64,000 nt of DNA from Microbotryum violaceum (Eukaryota), in contig CDLV01000016.1 of NCBI GenBank assembly GCA_001244265.2, positions 1 through 64,000 on the forward strand. The letters run 5' to 3'. Below are positions 60,060-64,000 of the stretch, piece by piece (positions within the stretch are counted from its first letter, which is position 1; the number at the start of each line of letters is the position of its first letter). Position numbers and translations under genes: made by a program. The notes beneath the pieces are model-generated. The model ran no database searches. It saw only the letters and a list, made by a program, of their open reading frames with translations, and had not been told where the DNA came from.

Positions 60060-60739
60060 TCTTGAAGGGCCGGCTAGGCGAACGAGGACAGAGTCAAGTC
60101 GCTCGGCGTCGAGGTGGGGGCTTATCTCGCTCGGTCTTGAGCCGAGAGAAGATTGACGAGTCAGCTCCCACGAGTAGACAAATCTAACTGAACAACACCA
60201 CAAGAGCGAGTTCAGTTCAGTGAGTCTTGTTCGTGTCCAGGTGACGGATGTAAAGGCGATGTAGCTCTGTCGGAAGGCGGCAGCTGAGAGCGTTGGGTCA
60301 CTCGGGTCGACTTGCGTGTGGGGGCCGTTGCAGGACGGACCGCCTCGGCCCCGCGAGAGTTGGAGAGCCTCTACGACGGCGGATCTCCTCCGTGTTAGTC
60401 AACTCGATGAGACCAGACGTTGTACGCACAGCAGGACCGAGCGTAGTGTCCTGTTGGATGAGGCAGTGTGTAGTTGTTCGGTGTTGGAGCACATCGGTCG
60501 GGCGGTGCTGCGTCGAGTGGGAAAAGTACACCAAACAAAGCACGTATAGGCTTACCTCAACGGCCTCAACAGCAAACTACACCGACCCAGAGCCCGGCAG
60601 CAATGGTGATACAGTGCCCACTGCTCAGTTACGACACGCTGATGCAAGCCCGACCGCGACGAAACCGAGGGGCGAGCGAGCTCTTTACCAAACACCACCA
60701 ACCATTATTACACGGGCAACCCTCAACCGCACGGAATCC

Positions 60740-61509
60740 ATTACTACCTTACTGTCTCGATTACTGTTACTACCTCTATATAAAAAAGAAGATGAGTTAA
60801 GGAATTTACCTACAAGCGCTGTTTTTAATTAGGTGGCGGCCGCCTGTGGTGGAATTACCAGCATACTGTTGTGTCTGCCGCACCTGCCTGTGTTCATGTT
60901 CCGCTCAGAAGTCATGTACAAGCTCTGTGGCGAATTTATGTATTTTTCGTGCCGGTCGAACGAAGCTACAGCGTTCCCATTATTTTCCTTCACTTTTTCG
61001 TTGATGTCAAACAGTGTTTAAACTTATATTGTATTTAATGAACGGCAAACGCGTGGCTTTGCATGACATTGCTTCTACAGCAGAGCTCCCCTGACACCTG
61101 ACGCGCGGGGCGAGGCTGGCGTCTGTCACGTGATGCGGCGCGCCAGCGGTGCCAGCGGTGTCACAATTCTTTGCGTACTACGTGCACGGACGCTACGATG
61201 GCGTGTGTTGTCAAACATGGAAAGCCTCCGCGCTGTTCATCACGGTGACGCGCGACTCCATTCGCGAATGACCGCCAATCTAGGCTGCACTGGGGCCGAA
61301 CGACAAAGCATGCCACCGCCGTCCACATTGCACGAATGTTTGAAGCCAAGTCCGGCAACAGAAGCAGGCTGTTTCGGCGATGAATGGAAAATATTTGCGT
61401 GTTTTCTGTTTGTTTTCTTTTACCCCTGCTGAAATCATGTAGACTGTTCTTTGATTCTCATGCGATTTTAAATTTTCATCCGCCCGTTAATTTAAGAGGA
61501 TCCCACTGG
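60740..61509 (+). mobile_element. Short non-autonomous Helitron related to the 38195-40510 copy
   Basis: Blocks shared in the same order: TTACTACCTCT, GTCTGCCGCACCTGCC, TTTGCATGACA..CTTCTACAG, TCACAATT.TTTGCGTACTAC, GCTGTTCATCACGGTGACG, CAGGCTGTTT.GGCGATGAA, TGAAATCATGTAGA and CCCGTTA...TCCCACTGG|T. Confidence 0.85.
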
Positions 61510-62389
61510 TGTGGCTATAATCCCCAACGATGACCATCTGCAAAAGCTCAAAGTTCTCCGGCTGGATTCCCTATGCGATGCAAGATATTTCATCATCAAC
61601 TTGCCACAAATTGCCAGGGATGGCAATATATCCAGAATATAACATGTGGGGTGAAGAGGGTACAGTTACTATGGACTCGCGAGTGCGCTTCGACCCTTCG
61701 CGCATGCAGTGGTTAGTAGCGGTTCTGCCCAGTACATTGTCATCCCTGGCAATTTCTAACCAGTTGATGTTGGGATATTTTGCAGGTAATCCAGCAGGGA
61801 AACATCGACCTTTGCAGCTGGTGAGCCATGTGGCCCGTTGCGGATTATAGCCACGTGGATTCCGTGCGGTTGAGGTTGCACGTGTGGGCTCGATGACTCT
61901 TGTGTGCTCAGCAATTACGGCCATTACGGCCCCCGCGCGTGGGCATGCTTACACTCACCTCCCCCACACCGCCGGCGCCGGCTGGAGCCAGGAACGGCAC
62001 GGTGTGGACGTTGTGTAGCTTCAATGCCTGTGAAGAGCTGTCATGGTTTTTGGGGGCTTAAGCTAGATCGCATATTAGTGGCTGTACCGTTCACCATTTT
62101 CCGAATGGGGCCGATACCGTGGATCCGGGTCCCGTATTTTCCGAGGGAATCTCTCTTCGAGACTGATTCCATGGTCCTAAAGCGGAAGGCCTCGTTCGGC
62201 ACAGCCAATCTGCGAGCCCGTCTGTGCAACGAGAGCCTTGCCCTTCTCATCTCGGCCGGATAGGATAGCGATGTCGATCACTTGGGTTCCGACCCCAAAT
62301 TCCCCAAGCCTATTATGCGTGGCAGCTCGTTTCTCTTCTTCTTCATCATCTTCTTCACTTCGCATCCATCACTTCTCTCGCCACCCCTC

Positions 62390-64000
62390 ATGAAATTCCT
62401 CATCCCCCTTTCCGTCCTCGCTTCGGCTCTTCAGCTCACCTCGGCAGCCCCTGCCGCAGGCGTCAAAGCCTTGAACGTCCGAGACCCTTTGGAAGGGCAG
62501 GCTCGTGCTGCCTCCAAGTGCTCGAACAGTCAGTTTCTGAATCCCAAGAGTAAGTTCAAAATTTTGGCTGCTCTTCACACCAACTGCGCCAGCTTCCAGG
62601 CTGACCCTCGCGTGCCGGACCCCCTTTCCAGCCAACAAGTGTCAAGATTGTTCAAAAACGTTCCCGCATGCTTCGGCCTGCAACAAGGACGGACCTTTGA
62701 GGTGCAAACTCGGTAACCTAGAGGGCTGCAAATGCGAACTCGCAAAGTGCAAGATTGAGAGTGCGACCTACCTCTCGGACGATGGTAAGCTTTGAGCTCC
62801 ATCTGAGTCGGTTCCTTCGTCGGCCTGCAGGCTTCAACCAGAGACTGAAGAGCCACTTTTCCTTTCTCCAGGCCGAAGGTGCTTGCGATGCAAGGACAAG
62901 GGTGCGTCGGAATGCACTGCGACAAAATCGTTGGAGTGCAAGAAGGGTTACCTTCTTTCGGACAAGCGGGTCTGCGTCAAAGTTACCTGCACTCCTCCCA
63001 AAGTGTTGTCTCAAGACCGTAAGCACATTTAGTCACCCGGAGAACCACCTTCTTTTGAGCCCAAGTTGAGCTGAACTCTTCTCGCCTCTTCTTTACATTC
63101 TGGTAGAAAATGGATGCTGCTTGGATCCGAACGCTTCGGCTTGCTCCGACACCCAAGCTTCGACAGCGTGCAAGTCTGGCTACCAGCTCAAGAATAACTC
63201 CTGCAAGCTCATCGTGTGCAAGGCCCCGCTCGCAGTCGTGTCTGACGATAGTGAGTTCTCATGATCGGTTGCGAAAAGTACAACCTCCCCTGATTACACC
63301 ACGTAATGTGGGCCATGATGATCAGGTAACGGCTGCTGCTTCGACCCGCATGCGACAAAGTGCTCGGACCGAATCACCTCGACCTCGTGCGCAGTCGGGT
63401 ACAAGCTTGATCGTAACGAGTGCAAGATCGATGAGTCACGTACTTGCAAGCCTCCACTTGCTGTCTACTCTGACGATAGTAGGTCACAGGAATTTTTTCC
63501 GAGGAGACACTGTCTCGATATACCACTGACCAGTACGCCCTGGCTTAATATCTGCTATCACAGACAATGGCTGCTGCTTCGATCCCCACGCCACCAAATG
63601 CTCTGATCGCATCACGTCGACAGCATGCGCCGCTGGATACAAGCTCGACGTCAATGAATGCAAAGCCATTGTGTGCACATCCCCACAATCGGTCGTTTCC
63701 GATGACAGTGAGTGACTCTCCTACGCCCTATCGGCAGGTGTCGGTCAGGGCTGACCCAACAGGCTCAATTATCTCCATGATGATCTCGAAGACACGGGAT
63801 GCTGCTTCGATCCGCAAGCAACCAAATGTTCGACCCCATCAGTAGCAACAGCTTGCACCGATCTCTTTGACGTGGACGGAAACGTGTGCACCAAGAATGC
63901 CGTTTGCCCAGTGCCGACCTACAAGCCCAAACATGGTCAGTGTTTACAAGTGCCGTCCTCGAGGCTCCCACCCCACTTTTCAGCACAATTCAGTTTCATT
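62390..64000 (+). CDS. Secreted cysteine-rich tandem-repeat protein, one repeat per exon; 3' end lies beyond the window
   Basis: Signal peptide MKFLIPLSVLASALQLTSA, then at least six phase-1/phase-1 exons each encoding a ~50-aa Cys-rich module, e.g. NGCCFDPHATKCSDRITSTACAAGYKLDVNECKAIVCTSPQSVVSDD. Confidence 0.88.

Noticed and set aside
61530..62260. ORF fragments between the short Helitron and the Cys-repeat gene
   Set aside because: Stop-interrupted with no recognisable motif or coherent exon structure.

Overview
Intron-rich (GT-AG, CTRAC/CTAAC branch points) fungal genomic DNA, most likely a basidiomycete; a Microbotryomycetes-type yeast is inferred from intron density and the CG/TCGA-rich composition. 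By manual splicing I can support about 22 protein-coding genes: an Anp1/GT62 mannosyltransferase, VTS1, COA6, a hidden 5-exon small secreted Cys-rich protein, DPP3, TLG1, an orphan, BUB3, PTH4/ICT1, a CFAP20/BUG22 homolog, SLX1, a family-16 methyltransferase, a coactosin-like protein, MRD1, an O-fucosyltransferase-like GT, a convergent bioF-bioDA biotin gene pair, ENV7, MAG1, an intronless secreted orphan, a three-domain paladin-like phosphatase, and a secreted protein built from phase-1 Cys-rich repeat exons that runs off the right edge. Repeats include a decayed Ty3/Gypsy remnant, two related internally deleted Helitrons with CTGG 3' ends, and an 84/63-bp palindromic minisatellite. No rRNA, tRNA or CRISPR was found. 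I cannot claim a complete new system. The best novelty candidates are the two secreted Cys-rich genes, the ciliary-type CFAP20 homolog, and the palindromic minisatellite. All calls come from motif recognition by eye; no database search was run.
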